From: a candidate division LCP-89 bacterium B3_LCP
Lineage (GTDB): Bacteria > Electryoneota > B3-LCP
DNA length: 64,000 nucleotides
Direction of reading: 5' to 3'
NCBI GenBank assembly: GCA_005223185.1
Contig: NJBN01000009.1
Coordinates: 1,321 to 65,320 of the forward strand
Within the stretch, counting starts at the first letter, position 1, and each line of letters begins with the position of its first letter. A program made the position numbers and the translations under genes. Below the pieces are notes generated by a model that ran no database searches, was not told where the DNA came from, and saw nothing but the letters and a program-made list of their open reading frames with translations. Below are positions 48,068-57,837 of this stretch, one piece after another.

Positions 48068-48696
48068 AAACTACTAAAGCAATGCTGGTGGAGTATGCCT
48101 TATCCATTCCACCGCTAATTTTACTTTTCGAGTTTAATCCCAAGTTTCTATCGCGCACACGCACTATCACCCTAAAGACTGGAAACGCACCCGGCACTCA
48201 GGGCGGTTACGATTTCACTTTACCGACGGAGACTCCCCGGGTAGCGCAGGGAGTAACCGTTCAACCTGAAACCTTTTCCATAGACATTTTAATCGATGGC
48301 ACTGACCGCATGAATGAGGGTAATGCTATCGTTAAGACGTTTGGTATCGAACCGGAACTCGATACTCTGCGCTGCATGGTTGAACCGAAATCGCAAGGCC
48401 CATTAGGCTTGCAAACCCTGTCCAGTTTGGGACTTGGTGGCGAACGAGCATTTCAGCAATCTGAATCTGCATCGGTGTTGCTTCTGGTTTGGGGTACACA
48501 TATTCTACCTATTTTTCTCACCAGCGCTCAGATTAAGGAAACTGCACATCTTCCTTCCCTGGTACCTTATCGCGCGGAAGTGACCCTCAGCATGCAAATC
48601 ATCGAAGGAAACAACGTCTTTTACATGGTGGAAAAGATACGCCAGGTGGTAAGTGCGGCGATGAACACAGTCGATACTATTGGAGGATTCTTTTAA
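48061..48696 (+). CDS. Hypothetical baseplate/tube-associated protein (possibly Afp7-like tube initiator)
   Basis: 211 aa. Overlapping start and stop on both sides (ATGTTGA; TAATG). Immediately followed by the LysM/gpX gene, as in Afp7, where the tube-like and LysM domains are fused. Confidence 0.35.
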   Translation: MLKTTKAMLVEYALSIPPLILLFEFNPKFLSRTRTITLKTGNAPGTQGGYDFTLPTETPRVAQGVTVQPETFSIDILIDGTDRMNEGNAIVKTFGIEPELDTLRCMVEPKSQGPLGLQTLSSLGLGGERAFQQSESASVLLLVWGTHILPIFLTSAQIKETAHLPSLVPYRAEVTLSMQIIEGNNVFYMVEKIRQVVSAAMNTVDTIGGFF

Positions 48697-48986
48697 TGTT
48701 CAAGAAGGGTTCAAGGTACGAGAAAGCCAGGACGTTCGACCCGGATGCGGATGGCAGCGTGGTGTTAAATGGAGTTCGTCCACGTAAGATCGGCAAGGCA
48801 ACCGGCATGGTAATGCATACGGTTAAGGCTGGTGAACGCATCGATTTGCTGGCACATCATTATTATAACGATGACCGTTTATGGTGGAGGATTGTCGATG
48901 CCAATCCAGAGTTCTTCTACGGAGGAAATATCATTACCAAAGAAATGGAGGGCTCCGTCATCATGATTCCGAAAGCAAAGGAATAG
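48696..48986 (+). CDS. LysM-like tail protein X (P2 gpX family)
   Basis: The pattern …GERIDLLAHHYYNDDRLWWRIVDANP… is a LysM / P2 gpX signature. 96 aa. Confidence 0.7.
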   Translation: MFKKGSRYEKARTFDPDADGSVVLNGVRPRKIGKATGMVMHTVKAGERIDLLAHHYYNDDRLWWRIVDANPEFFYGGNIITKEMEGSVIMIPKAKE

Positions 48987-48987
48987 C

Positions 48988-50124
48988 ATGATACTAGATT
49001 TATTAGCATCTATCTTCAGGGAACCGGGAGAATGCGTTATCAAGGTCGGGAGTTCTGGCGAAGAGATAACTAGTCTATACCCATTCGTAAAGGAACTCAC
49101 CGTCGATTGCAGTCGTAGCGAACCGAGCCAGGCTAATCTCAAATTCGAGACGAGAAGGGACGAAAACGGAAAGTGGATTGTCCAGGATAGCGGAATTTTG
49201 GCTCCCTGGGAGCCCATCGTTATCGAAGCAGTTTTCGGAAGCACAACGGAAGAAATCATGCGCGGATACATTCGTGAAATAAACGCGGATTGCCCTGCGG
49301 AAGCCGGTGAATGCACCGTTACTGTAAAATGTCAGGACGAATCGTTGCAACTGGATCGTGAACACCCACGAACCACCTGGGGACAGGATGCTCCCACCAG
49401 CGACAGCGTCATTATCAATACGATTTTGAGCAACTATAGCCTTTCCCCTGCTCCTGATAATGAATCCGGTCAGGATGAACTGGTTATCAATCAGGACGAT
49501 ACAGACATCAAATTTCTGCAGCAGAGAGCGGAAGCCAATGGTTATGATCTGATGTTTCGTGAAGGGAGTGTTTATTTCGGTCCCATGCGGGTCGATGCGG
49601 AAGCTCAGGCGACAATTATGGTCTATGCTGGAACCGCGACCAACTGTTATAACATCAGTATAAAGGATGACGGGCACCAACCGGACAGTGTCAGCTTCGA
49701 CCGACCGAATACCACTGAACCGGGGAATGTCCCAGCGACCATCGAATCTGATCTCACAGAACTTGGGACAGATTCGACACTGGGACTGGGCGATGGGTTG
49801 AAGGATTTTTCCTGGCGGATGAAACAACAGGGCGGTATGAGTGAAGCGGAATGGACTGCGCGTGCTCAGAGGAAAGCCAATGAGTTGGCTATGAAAGTGA
49901 AGGCTCAGGGCGAACTTGATGGGTCTCTTTACGGACACGTTCTGCGCGCCGGTGAACCGGTCGGTGTGGATGGGGTTGGGGAGAGATATGGGGGAATTTA
50001 TCTAGTCGATACGGTAAAACATTTGTTCAACATGGATGGTTACCGCCAGACTTTCACATTGCTGCGAAATGCCTATGGGGATAATCTGGAGAGTTCAGGT
50101 GACCTGTTATCAGCGGTTCTCTAA
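48988..50124 (+). CDS. Baseplate hub protein (phage late control gene D / gp27-like, VgrG N-terminal homologue)
   Basis: 378 aa. The N-terminal pattern (…EL.VD.SRSEPSQANLKF…GKWIVQDSG……W.PIVIEAVFG…) is typical of the Phage_GPD family. Confidence 0.65.
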   Translation: MILDLLASIFREPGECVIKVGSSGEEITSLYPFVKELTVDCSRSEPSQANLKFETRRDENGKWIVQDSGILAPWEPIVIEAVFGSTTEEIMRGYIREINADCPAEAGECTVTVKCQDESLQLDREHPRTTWGQDAPTSDSVIINTILSNYSLSPAPDNESGQDELVINQDDTDIKFLQQRAEANGYDLMFREGSVYFGPMRVDAEAQATIMVYAGTATNCYNISIKDDGHQPDSVSFDRPNTTEPGNVPATIESDLTELGTDSTLGLGDGLKDFSWRMKQQGGMSEAEWTARAQRKANELAMKVKAQGELDGSLYGHVLRAGEPVGVDGVGERYGGIYLVDTVKHLFNMDGYRQTFTLLRNAYGDNLESSGDLLSAVL

Positions 50125-50133
50125 GGAGGTATA

Positions 50134-50946
50134 GTGGAAGAGGTACTTCTCCAATTAGCCAGGAGACTTCAGAATAAATACTATGGGAAGTATCGAGGTT
50201 TTGTGGTCGATAACGATGACCCGGAACAGTTGGGTAGAGTTCGACTATTGATACCGTCAGTCCTGGGTGAGACAGAGACGGGATGGGCGTTGCCCTGCCT
50301 CCCTTTCGGTGGTCTGGAAGATCAGGGTTTTTTCGCCGTTCCGGGAGTAGATGCACAAGTATGGGTGGAATTCGAGGAAGGCAACATTAACGCACCTATA
50401 TGGGTAGGAGTTTTCTGGCAGAACAGTGGTGAAATCCCCTCAGAAGGAGCCCTGAATCCGCCCACTACCACGGTGATTAAAACCTCTTCAGGGCACACTT
50501 TTCATTTCGATGATGAGGAGAATGCAGAAAAGATCTGTCTCATTCATAAATCAGGAGCGGAATTATGCATCGACGAGAATGGCACTGTAGTACTGAAAGA
50601 TGCGCAGAAAAACGCCCTGACTCTGGATGCTGACGGGACCACGATCACTTTAGAAGATGCCAATGGAAATACCTTATCGACAAGCTCTACCGGTATGACC
50701 CTGCAAGATTGCAACGGTAATAAGATAGATATGACTACTTCAGGGATCACCATCAAGGCACAGGAGATTACGGTCGAAGGAACGCAAGTTCTGTTGGCTG
50801 GTGCGGGTGGAGAACCGGTAATTAAAGGTCAGAGTTTCCTGACTCTTTTTGCAACTCATATTCATCCAACCGGCGTGGGTCCATCAGGCCCGCCGGTTCC
50901 TCAAGGTGAGATGAGCACCTTATCAATGAAGACGATGACAACCTAA
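50134..50946 (+). CDS. Spike protein (P2 gpV / T4 gp5 OB-fold, VgrG C-terminal homologue) with beta-helical C-terminus
   Basis: GTG start with an AAGGAGG RBS. Signature GKYRGFVVDNDDPEQLGRVRLLIPSV (Phage_base_V). C-terminal repeats (T.D.NG…L.D.NGN.I) are typical of spike beta-helices. Confidence 0.8.
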   Translation: MEEVLLQLARRLQNKYYGKYRGFVVDNDDPEQLGRVRLLIPSVLGETETGWALPCLPFGGLEDQGFFAVPGVDAQVWVEFEEGNINAPIWVGVFWQNSGEIPSEGALNPPTTTVIKTSSGHTFHFDDEENAEKICLIHKSGAELCIDENGTVVLKDAQKNALTLDADGTTITLEDANGNTLSTSSTGMTLQDCNGNKIDMTTSGITIKAQEITVEGTQVLLAGAGGEPVIKGQSFLTLFATHIHPTGVGPSGPPVPQGEMSTLSMKTMTT

Positions 50947-50957
50947 AGGGGCATTTA

Positions 50958-51347
50958 ATGTCTGCGAATAATAACCGCAACCTGGCCAATCCTGAATATC
51001 TTGCCTTTCCATTTCGAATTGACGAGGATGGAGGTGAGAAATGCGATCGGGCTGCGCATGTTCGTCAGCAAATAGAGCAGGTGTTATATACCAATCCTTA
51101 CGAAAGAATCTTTCGCCCTGAATTCGGTGTCGGTCTAAAGAAATTGGTGTTCGAGCCAAACTCATCGGCACTCGCTGAAATAACCAAAAAGCGATTACAA
51201 TCATCTTTAGCCGAAGCCCTTAAGGGCGAGGTCGATCCAAAAACCATTGTGGTGGATGTGAACCCTGATGAGGAAAAACTAATCATTAGTGTTTCATACA
51301 CATTGGCAACAATTGGAACGACGGAACAACACGAGTTTTTAATTTAA
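50958..51347 (+). CDS. Baseplate wedge protein gp25/GPW-like (Afp9-like)
   Basis: The pattern G.GW.FP……..G……I.QSI..IL.T..GER…P.FG..L is matched by LAFPFRIDEDGG…VRQQIEQVLYTNPYERIFRPEFGVGL. 129 aa. Confidence 0.8.
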   Translation: MSANNNRNLANPEYLAFPFRIDEDGGEKCDRAAHVRQQIEQVLYTNPYERIFRPEFGVGLKKLVFEPNSSALAEITKKRLQSSLAEALKGEVDPKTIVVDVNPDEEKLIISVSYTLATIGTTEQHEFLI

Positions 51348-51363
51348 CAGTCAGATATAACTT

Positions 51364-52554
51364 ATGGCACAAGCGCCCAAATCTACACTTAAATTCGAAG
51401 GCGGTTGCCCGGATTGCGGCGTTCGGGAGGTAGCGTTACCACCAGCACTTCCCCAAGTCGGTGATGACTTCGATTGGATGACGCGAGACTTTGATAGTTT
51501 TCGCCGTTTTATGCTTGAAGACCTGGCAGCAAGATTTCCCGAAAGAACCCGCTGGACTCCCGGGGATATGGAAGTGGTCATCATAGAAGTCATGGCTGCC
51601 GTCCTGGACCAGATTTCTGACATGGCTGACCGGGTGGCTGCTGAAGCTTATCTGGAAACCGCTCGTAATCCTAACTCCGTAAGGCGTCTTCTGCAGATGA
51701 TTGGCTATGATGCTGCCCTGTTAGCCGATCTAAAAGATGACGATTCTTCCTTAAGTAATAGCAAAACAAAAGAAGAGAAACTTGAGGCTCTCTGGCGACA
51801 AAATCCCACACTGATGGAAGAAGCCAGAAAAAAGGGCCCGCGACTGATAAAAACTCAGAAACGCATGGTAACCATAGAGGATTATGCTCAGCAATTGGAA
51901 GAACATCCCCTGGTATTGTGCGCTAACGCATCCAGCCACTGGAGTGGAAGTTGGACAACTCTGAAGGCTGCCGTAATCTGCTGGGGTGAAGATAATTATT
52001 TGGATGAATATTCAAATAAGTTAACCGAGCCTACGGAAGATCTGCAGAAGGAAGTTACTGAATTTCATAAGGAACGAAATATAACCACCCCTGATTGGAA
52101 TAGTGACACTTTGCCCACGATTCGCACCATTCTCCGGCCCTACATTGAAGGTTACCGGATGGTCGCACAGGAGGTCATTCTTATCGATGCCGTTCCTGTT
52201 GGAATCCAGATGTCAATTAGCGTTTTCATCAATGTGGATTATTATCAATCGGAAGTAAAACATGCAGTGGAACAGGCGTTGGGAACCGGACCGGAAGGTT
52301 TCTTCAAACCGGGACGGTTAGCTTTCGGTGAAGATTTGCACACCAGTGACATATATGAGAAACTGATGTCGTTGAATGGGATTGAAAATGTTTGTCTTAA
52401 CCGTTTCAAGAGGTTTGGAAATCAATACTTAGATCAATCCCGTACGGGAACCATAAAATTAGACGGTTTAGAAGTAGCTGTTTGCGACAACAATCCACAA
52501 AAACCCGAACGTGGTTTCTATCAACTGTTGCTGGAAGGGGGACGAAGAGGATGA
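51364..52554 (+). CDS. Baseplate J-like protein (P2 gpJ / T4 gp6 N-terminal homologue)
   Basis: The segment DFDSFRRFMLEDLAARFP……DM.EVVIIEVMAAVLDQISDMADRVAAEAYLETARNPNSVRRLLQMIGY matches the conserved N-terminal region of the baseplate_J family. Confidence 0.65.
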   Translation: MAQAPKSTLKFEGGCPDCGVREVALPPALPQVGDDFDWMTRDFDSFRRFMLEDLAARFPERTRWTPGDMEVVIIEVMAAVLDQISDMADRVAAEAYLETARNPNSVRRLLQMIGYDAALLADLKDDDSSLSNSKTKEEKLEALWRQNPTLMEEARKKGPRLIKTQKRMVTIEDYAQQLEEHPLVLCANASSHWSGSWTTLKAAVICWGEDNYLDEYSNKLTEPTEDLQKEVTEFHKERNITTPDWNSDTLPTIRTILRPYIEGYRMVAQEVILIDAVPVGIQMSISVFINVDYYQSEVKHAVEQALGTGPEGFFKPGRLAFGEDLHTSDIYEKLMSLNGIENVCLNRFKRFGNQYLDQSRTGTIKLDGLEVAVCDNNPQKPERGFYQLLLEGGRRG

Positions 52555-55500
52555 GTGAACGCTTCGATCTCACACGCTGGAATCGCGCCGGTTTGAGCCG
52601 CTTTCGATATTTAAACGGCAATGCGGTAACCCACCTTGAGGATCTACGTAAGGCATTTCTGGCTGTTGCGAAGTTCGCTGATTGGGACGTACTTTCAGCC
52701 ATCGAACCGGTAGAAGTCGTATCTCCGAACAGCGATGAGGGTGAAATCGCAGCCGCATCTGCCCCCAGGTGGCTGAATAGTAACCAGGTGCCCTCTGGTG
52801 AGACTGGAAAAAGCGAGACAGAATCTGAGAAGATTGAGCGTCTTTTAGAAAATTACAACCGCGAACGGGAAGATTGGGCTTGGGAAATCTCCAGGGCGTT
52901 CGCGCGGGCCTGTCACGTTTTAACTGAGCATGTTGATTGTTACGCCAATGAAGGATTCTTAGGCACTGCTACCCAGTGGGATAACGTCCGGCGCTTAGTA
53001 GAGATGATAGACTATCATCCGGCTCCACCAGCATCAGCTTCTACACCACTTATTATCAAAGCAAAAGAAGGACTAAGCGGTACTATCGAAGCTGGTTTTC
53101 AGGCTAAGTACGCGCCTTCCGATGGCAGTGAACCGCTGATCTTTGAGACTCTGGATGATCTGGAGGTGGATTCCCAAATCAACGAAATCCGCCCTCTGAA
53201 TTATAACCGCAATCAGGATACGCAAAGCGGTAAATCGTTCATTGTCGATGAGGTTATCGAAGACCTCGTCATCGGTGAGCCACTGGTTCTGGAGGATGAG
53301 AATAACGGGAATCTATTTGCACGGATAGTCACCGGTTTTAGTACAGAGGACACCGGGACGAGAATTACACTTGACCAAACGTTACCCGAACCCGAAGCTG
53401 ATGATTCCTTAACTAAAGGCTACATGAAAATCCATGCAATACCGAAAGACCGTCTCACCTTATTGGGACCAGCAGAAGAGGGCAACGTACAGCAACTTGA
53501 CACTCTTCACCTGACAACAGAGCCAGAGGAATTACTGCCTGAAATGGTTGTATATATCAGTGATGGTAATAATCACTATTACAGATTTATTTCCTCGCTT
53601 ACACAAAACTGTATAGAATTGAGTAACACAATAAGTGACCTCTATCTGAGTAAAGCCCAGGTCGGGCTACCGGTTCTTATATCTGCCACCAAGGTTACGG
53701 ACGGTGGAAGTGGTGTTAATTTGATTCAACCAATTGTCGAAAATATGGGCCAAGTCATTGAGGTTGGTGAGAACGTCGGAGCTGTATATAAAACGTCTTC
53801 CGCAAACATCAGCCTAAGCAGCAAGGGTAGTGAGAGCGGCAACATTGAGAATATGGGATTTAGTGTAGAGAACCTTCAAGCCGCCAAAGCTGGTGAGTCC
53901 GTTGAAGTTAAATCCAAAGTGCCTAATACAGGAAGAGACATAACTTTTCAGGTTGGTGAAGACGGCAGCGTTCAATATAAAGTAGCTGGAGATTGGGAAC
54001 GTTTGGCAGGAAAGAAAATTGCTATTGCTATGGAGAAGAATAATCCAATTAGTTTTGATTTAATTTCAGTCGATTATCATGAATGTGTCGAAAATGAATA
54101 CGATTCTCTCCGTGGTTATACTGTGTTTAAGATCGCTGATAATTCTAATTTGAACCCTGATCAGGACTTCTTAGTCCCCCCTGCAAATGACGGTGAGTGG
54201 AAAACCGATACGTTCCTCGAGAGAGATGACAATACCAATACTATTCCTTCCGGGATAACCACCGAGGAACCCCAGAAGACCTCTGCAGGAGACATTGCCG
54301 TAATCGTTCGCAATGGTGGATACGCCTGGGCACGTCTGGAGTCTGTTTCCCTGAATGCGGAGGATGAAGAAGCTAGTCTGACGGCTGAAAGTGGCAGAGA
54401 GGAGTATTGGAAGGAGTATCCGAATAAAAATAGTGAGCGTAGATTCTACCTGACTGAAACCACCGTATTCGGGCATTTTTCTAAGGAGCTTCGTATTCAC
54501 GATTGGCAAGTCAACAACCTATCGCTAACAGGCACGGACGTTTCCACCGAAACTGTTCCTGACTGTTTGGATAAGGGCAGGCGAGTTATCGTCGTCAATG
54601 AAGACAATAGCGATTTAACATTGGACACGACCGTAGCCGATATCCAGAATGATAATGATACTGATACTGTGATTTTGAGTGATCCGCTTCCTTCTGGTTT
54701 TACCTACGGAAATACTGTCCTGCGCGGAAATGTCGTAACGTGCGGACACGGTGAATCCAAGGGTGAGAAAGTGCTTGGCAGCGGTGATGCAACTCGGTCG
54801 AACCAGAGTTTCCTGTTTAAGGAAGAGGGCGTGTCCTTCACTGCTGATGCAACCCAACTTTCCGGTGTGCGAGCCGCCATAGATGTTCAAGTTAACGGGG
54901 AGACCTGGGAACAGGTTGGAAATCTGAATTACTCCGAACCAACGGACAAACAATATACTATTCGCATGGCTGAAGATGGTTACCTGCTGATAGGTTTCGG
55001 AGATGGCCGAAAGGGCAGGCGCCTACCCACAGGAACCAACAATGTCAGGCTCACCTACAGAAAGGGGGCCGGCCTAAGTGGGAACATAAGCGCGGGCGGT
55101 ATCACAAAACCGGCAAAACCGAATAGACTGGTGGATACTATTCAACAACCCTTCGCGGCGACAGGTGGCAATGATATGGAGGGGGTCGAGTCGCTACGTG
55201 AGAATGCTCCTGCCACCCTGCTAACACTGGAACGTGCAGTTTCCCTGACGGACTACAGCAATTTAGCTAACAGCCACAGCAGTGTCTGGCAGGCGAAAGC
55301 CTTTTCTCTTCCGACTGGTCTGGGCCGCAATGAGATAATTGAGGTAGTGGTTGTTCCTGCCAATGGGGGTTTGTTGGGCGATCTGAAAGAAACTCTTCGA
55401 AGTTATATCGCAGAATACTCATTGCCGAACGTCACCATATTAGTGGAAGATTATGAATCTATCAGTTTCTCTCTGGACGTGATTCTGAACGTCAACACAA

Positions 55501-56216
55501 CCGGCTATGACCCGGAAGAGGTTGTTGTAGCAGTAAAAGCAGCTCTGGAAGATGAATTCTCACTGAAAAATCGCAAACTGGGGCAGGCGGTTTACCTAAG
55601 TGAAGTGTACAAAATTGTCGAAGCTACTGCAGGGGTTGAGAATTCCAGAGCCGAACTTAACGAAGATCCGGACGCCCTGAAAATCCCCACGAATAACACG
55701 AATAACAAAAGAGCTGTGCAGATAATCGGCGAGTGCATTGTTACTTATGTTAGCTCTACAACCCAGACTAGCACCGGATTATCAGGACCAGGACCAACTT
55801 CACCACCGAGCGTTGTTCTATCCATCGGCGCGAGAGATCCCTCAATCATCCAGGGGATTGGCACGAAATACCAAAGCATTCTTGCCAGTCAGGGGGTAAG
55901 AACAATCGAAGGTTTGGCTAAACTCGATCCGGAGATTAGCATAGCAGGTATCGCCAGTACGAGACGTTGGTGGTTTAGCACCCGTGCCAGGATCATTCTG
56001 GAGTCTGAATTTGACAGCTCGCAGTTATACGCTCTTCAGAACTATTCCGTAATGGCTATATTACAAAGCCCAACCAGCGATCTATACAATTCCACAGGCC
56101 TCTCTACCGATGTAATCAGCGAGACGAAATCAAGTCTAAGGCGTTTGCAGAGTATTATCGATGACGAGGTTCTCGAACAGGTTACGTTGAGAGAATTATC
56201 AAAATCATCGCGTTAA
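52551..56216 (+). CDS. Large baseplate protein (1222 aa, Afp11/gp6-gp7-like)
   Basis: ATGA overlap with the upstream baseplate-J gene. Size and position match the large eCIS baseplate subunits. The real start MSERFDL is at 52551, not at the ORF-track start 52482. Confidence 0.55.
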   Translation: MSERFDLTRWNRAGLSRFRYLNGNAVTHLEDLRKAFLAVAKFADWDVLSAIEPVEVVSPNSDEGEIAAASAPRWLNSNQVPSGETGKSETESEKIERLLENYNREREDWAWEISRAFARACHVLTEHVDCYANEGFLGTATQWDNVRRLVEMIDYHPAPPASASTPLIIKAKEGLSGTIEAGFQAKYAPSDGSEPLIFETLDDLEVDSQINEIRPLNYNRNQDTQSGKSFIVDEVIEDLVIGEPLVLEDENNGNLFARIVTGFSTEDTGTRITLDQTLPEPEADDSLTKGYMKIHAIPKDRLTLLGPAEEGNVQQLDTLHLTTEPEELLPEMVVYISDGNNHYYRFISSLTQNCIELSNTISDLYLSKAQVGLPVLISATKVTDGGSGVNLIQPIVENMGQVIEVGENVGAVYKTSSANISLSSKGSESGNIENMGFSVENLQAAKAGESVEVKSKVPNTGRDITFQVGEDGSVQYKVAGDWERLAGKKIAIAMEKNNPISFDLISVDYHECVENEYDSLRGYTVFKIADNSNLNPDQDFLVPPANDGEWKTDTFLERDDNTNTIPSGITTEEPQKTSAGDIAVIVRNGGYAWARLESVSLNAEDEEASLTAESGREEYWKEYPNKNSERRFYLTETTVFGHFSKELRIHDWQVNNLSLTGTDVSTETVPDCLDKGRRVIVVNEDNSDLTLDTTVADIQNDNDTDTVILSDPLPSGFTYGNTVLRGNVVTCGHGESKGEKVLGSGDATRSNQSFLFKEEGVSFTADATQLSGVRAAIDVQVNGETWEQVGNLNYSEPTDKQYTIRMAEDGYLLIGFGDGRKGRRLPTGTNNVRLTYRKGAGLSGNISAGGITKPAKPNRLVDTIQQPFAATGGNDMEGVESLRENAPATLLTLERAVSLTDYSNLANSHSSVWQAKAFSLPTGLGRNEIIEVVVVPANGGLLGDLKETLRSYIAEYSLPNVTILVEDYESISFSLDVILNVNTTGYDPEEVVVAVKAALEDEFSLKNRKLGQAVYLSEVYKIVEATAGVENSRAELNEDPDALKIPTNNTNNKRAVQIIGECIVTYVSSTTQTSTGLSGPGPTSPPSVVLSIGARDPSIIQGIGTKYQSILASQGVRTIEGLAKLDPEISIAGIASTRRWWFSTRARIILESEFDSSQLYALQNYSVMAILQSPTSDLYNSTGLSTDVISETKSSLRRLQSIIDDEVLEQVTLRELSKSSR

Positions 56217-56238
56217 TTATCAATTCCAGGAGTACCCT

Positions 56239-57834
56239 TTGAGTACAGAGCCGGAAAAGAAGGAGAAGATATTTCACCCCAAGATCGGGGATCAACTATT
56301 CCAGTTGCTACCCGAGGTGTATAGAACCCGAGATAACTCGACCGAGGATGCACCGGGTGATTTAGGTAGATATCTAGATGCTTGCGGTGAACTTTTAGAC
56401 TCGATCTATTATACCCTGGATCAGCGGTTGGCGGATTCATTCCCCGATGTTCCTGAAAAAGGATTGACCTGCCAAACCTGGCTTCTCCCTTACATGGCGC
56501 AGCTCCTGGATGCCAGGTTGACCTCCCCCGATGCGGACGGGAAACGCACAGAAGTGGCAAACGCCATTTTGTGGCGGCAGAGTAAGGGCACTTTTCCGTG
56601 CATCGAAAAGGTTGCCGAAGCAGTGGGGCGGCTTGACATTGAACCTCAGGAAGGTTGGAAACGGGTGGCTACCACAGCGCGGATCGGAATGCCATTACTG
56701 CGCTCGGAAGCATTGGGAATTCCGGAGGATTTCGATAATCCTTCATATATGGCTCATCCTAACTTCGCATCCCGGCATCCCGGCTTGCCTTCGGTGACCA
56801 TTGATTTTCGCAGGCCCTCCCATGCAATTCAGGTCGGTGAAGGTAAAGAGATCGCCAACCGTGAAGCGGTCACCAAGGAAACCAAATTAAAAGTCAAGGA
56901 CATATTCTGGTATCAATGCCATACGCATGTGTATCCCTGCTATCCTGGAACTTACGAAGACGTATCCAGACGAACTGTAGATGTTCGTACACCTTCGTGG
57001 AAACATGGTCATTATCACCCCAAGAGGTTACTGCTTTATGAACCGATTCCCGCAGGCTTTTTTGAATTTGGGGAAATCTATCCTGCAAAAAATATGGTGA
57101 TAACAGAATCCACCACCTTAGAGAATGCGGTCATCAAAGGTAAGATAACAGTTAAAAACGGAACTCTGACCCTGAAACGCTGTGCGGTTCGTGAGATAGA
57201 ATATAGCTCGAATTGGCAGAACAAAGGTGCTAAGGAACCGATATTCATTGCTGAAGACAGTCTGATCGGTTCCACAACTGCGAATATACCAGGGTTGGTG
57301 CTGATGGAGTACTGCACGGTATTGGATAATTTTGACTGCAATTACATTCGTGCAAGCGACTGTATTTTTAAGGGAGAACTTAACGTTTCGGGGAAGATAC
57401 TTGCTATAATAGATGAAAAGGGTATAAACAGATCAAACTGCGTCCGTTTTTCGAGGATTCCACAGGATACCTTTATACCGGGAATGGATGTCCATCCAGA
57501 ATCCTTTGATACGAACACTCACGAGCCGCCTATGTTTTATAAGACGATGGAATTCGAGAACAACGCCACATCCTATCATCCAATCGCCTTTGGTGATCCG
57601 GGGTGCGGGGTGCTGCACCCATCGACGCCGGATTCCATTAGGTTTGGCGCCGAAGATGGCGGAGAGATGGGCGCTTATCATTACAAACAGTATTGTCTGC
57701 GGGAAGCTGCTATATTGGATAAATTAAAGGATTTCCTGCCGGTTGGAATAGAAGCGGCTTTAATTCCCGATCACCGCCTAAACGAAAAGCCTTTATCCTG
57801 CGAAGATAAACCAGGAACCGAATCGACGGAGTAA
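56239..57834 (+). CDS. Baseplate protein, phage P2 gpI family (Afp12-like)
   Basis: TTG start. WLLPYMAQLLDARL…EVANAILWRQSKGT matches the P2 tail protein I signature (LP.LA.LLG…WR.KGT). Confidence 0.65.
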   Translation: MSTEPEKKEKIFHPKIGDQLFQLLPEVYRTRDNSTEDAPGDLGRYLDACGELLDSIYYTLDQRLADSFPDVPEKGLTCQTWLLPYMAQLLDARLTSPDADGKRTEVANAILWRQSKGTFPCIEKVAEAVGRLDIEPQEGWKRVATTARIGMPLLRSEALGIPEDFDNPSYMAHPNFASRHPGLPSVTIDFRRPSHAIQVGEGKEIANREAVTKETKLKVKDIFWYQCHTHVYPCYPGTYEDVSRRTVDVRTPSWKHGHYHPKRLLLYEPIPAGFFEFGEIYPAKNMVITESTTLENAVIKGKITVKNGTLTLKRCAVREIEYSSNWQNKGAKEPIFIAEDSLIGSTTANIPGLVLMEYCTVLDNFDCNYIRASDCIFKGELNVSGKILAIIDEKGINRSNCVRFSRIPQDTFIPGMDVHPESFDTNTHEPPMFYKTMEFENNATSYHPIAFGDPGCGVLHPSTPDSIRFGAEDGGEMGAYHYKQYCLREAAILDKLKDFLPVGIEAALIPDHRLNEKPLSCEDKPGTESTE

Positions 57835-57837
57835 GTC

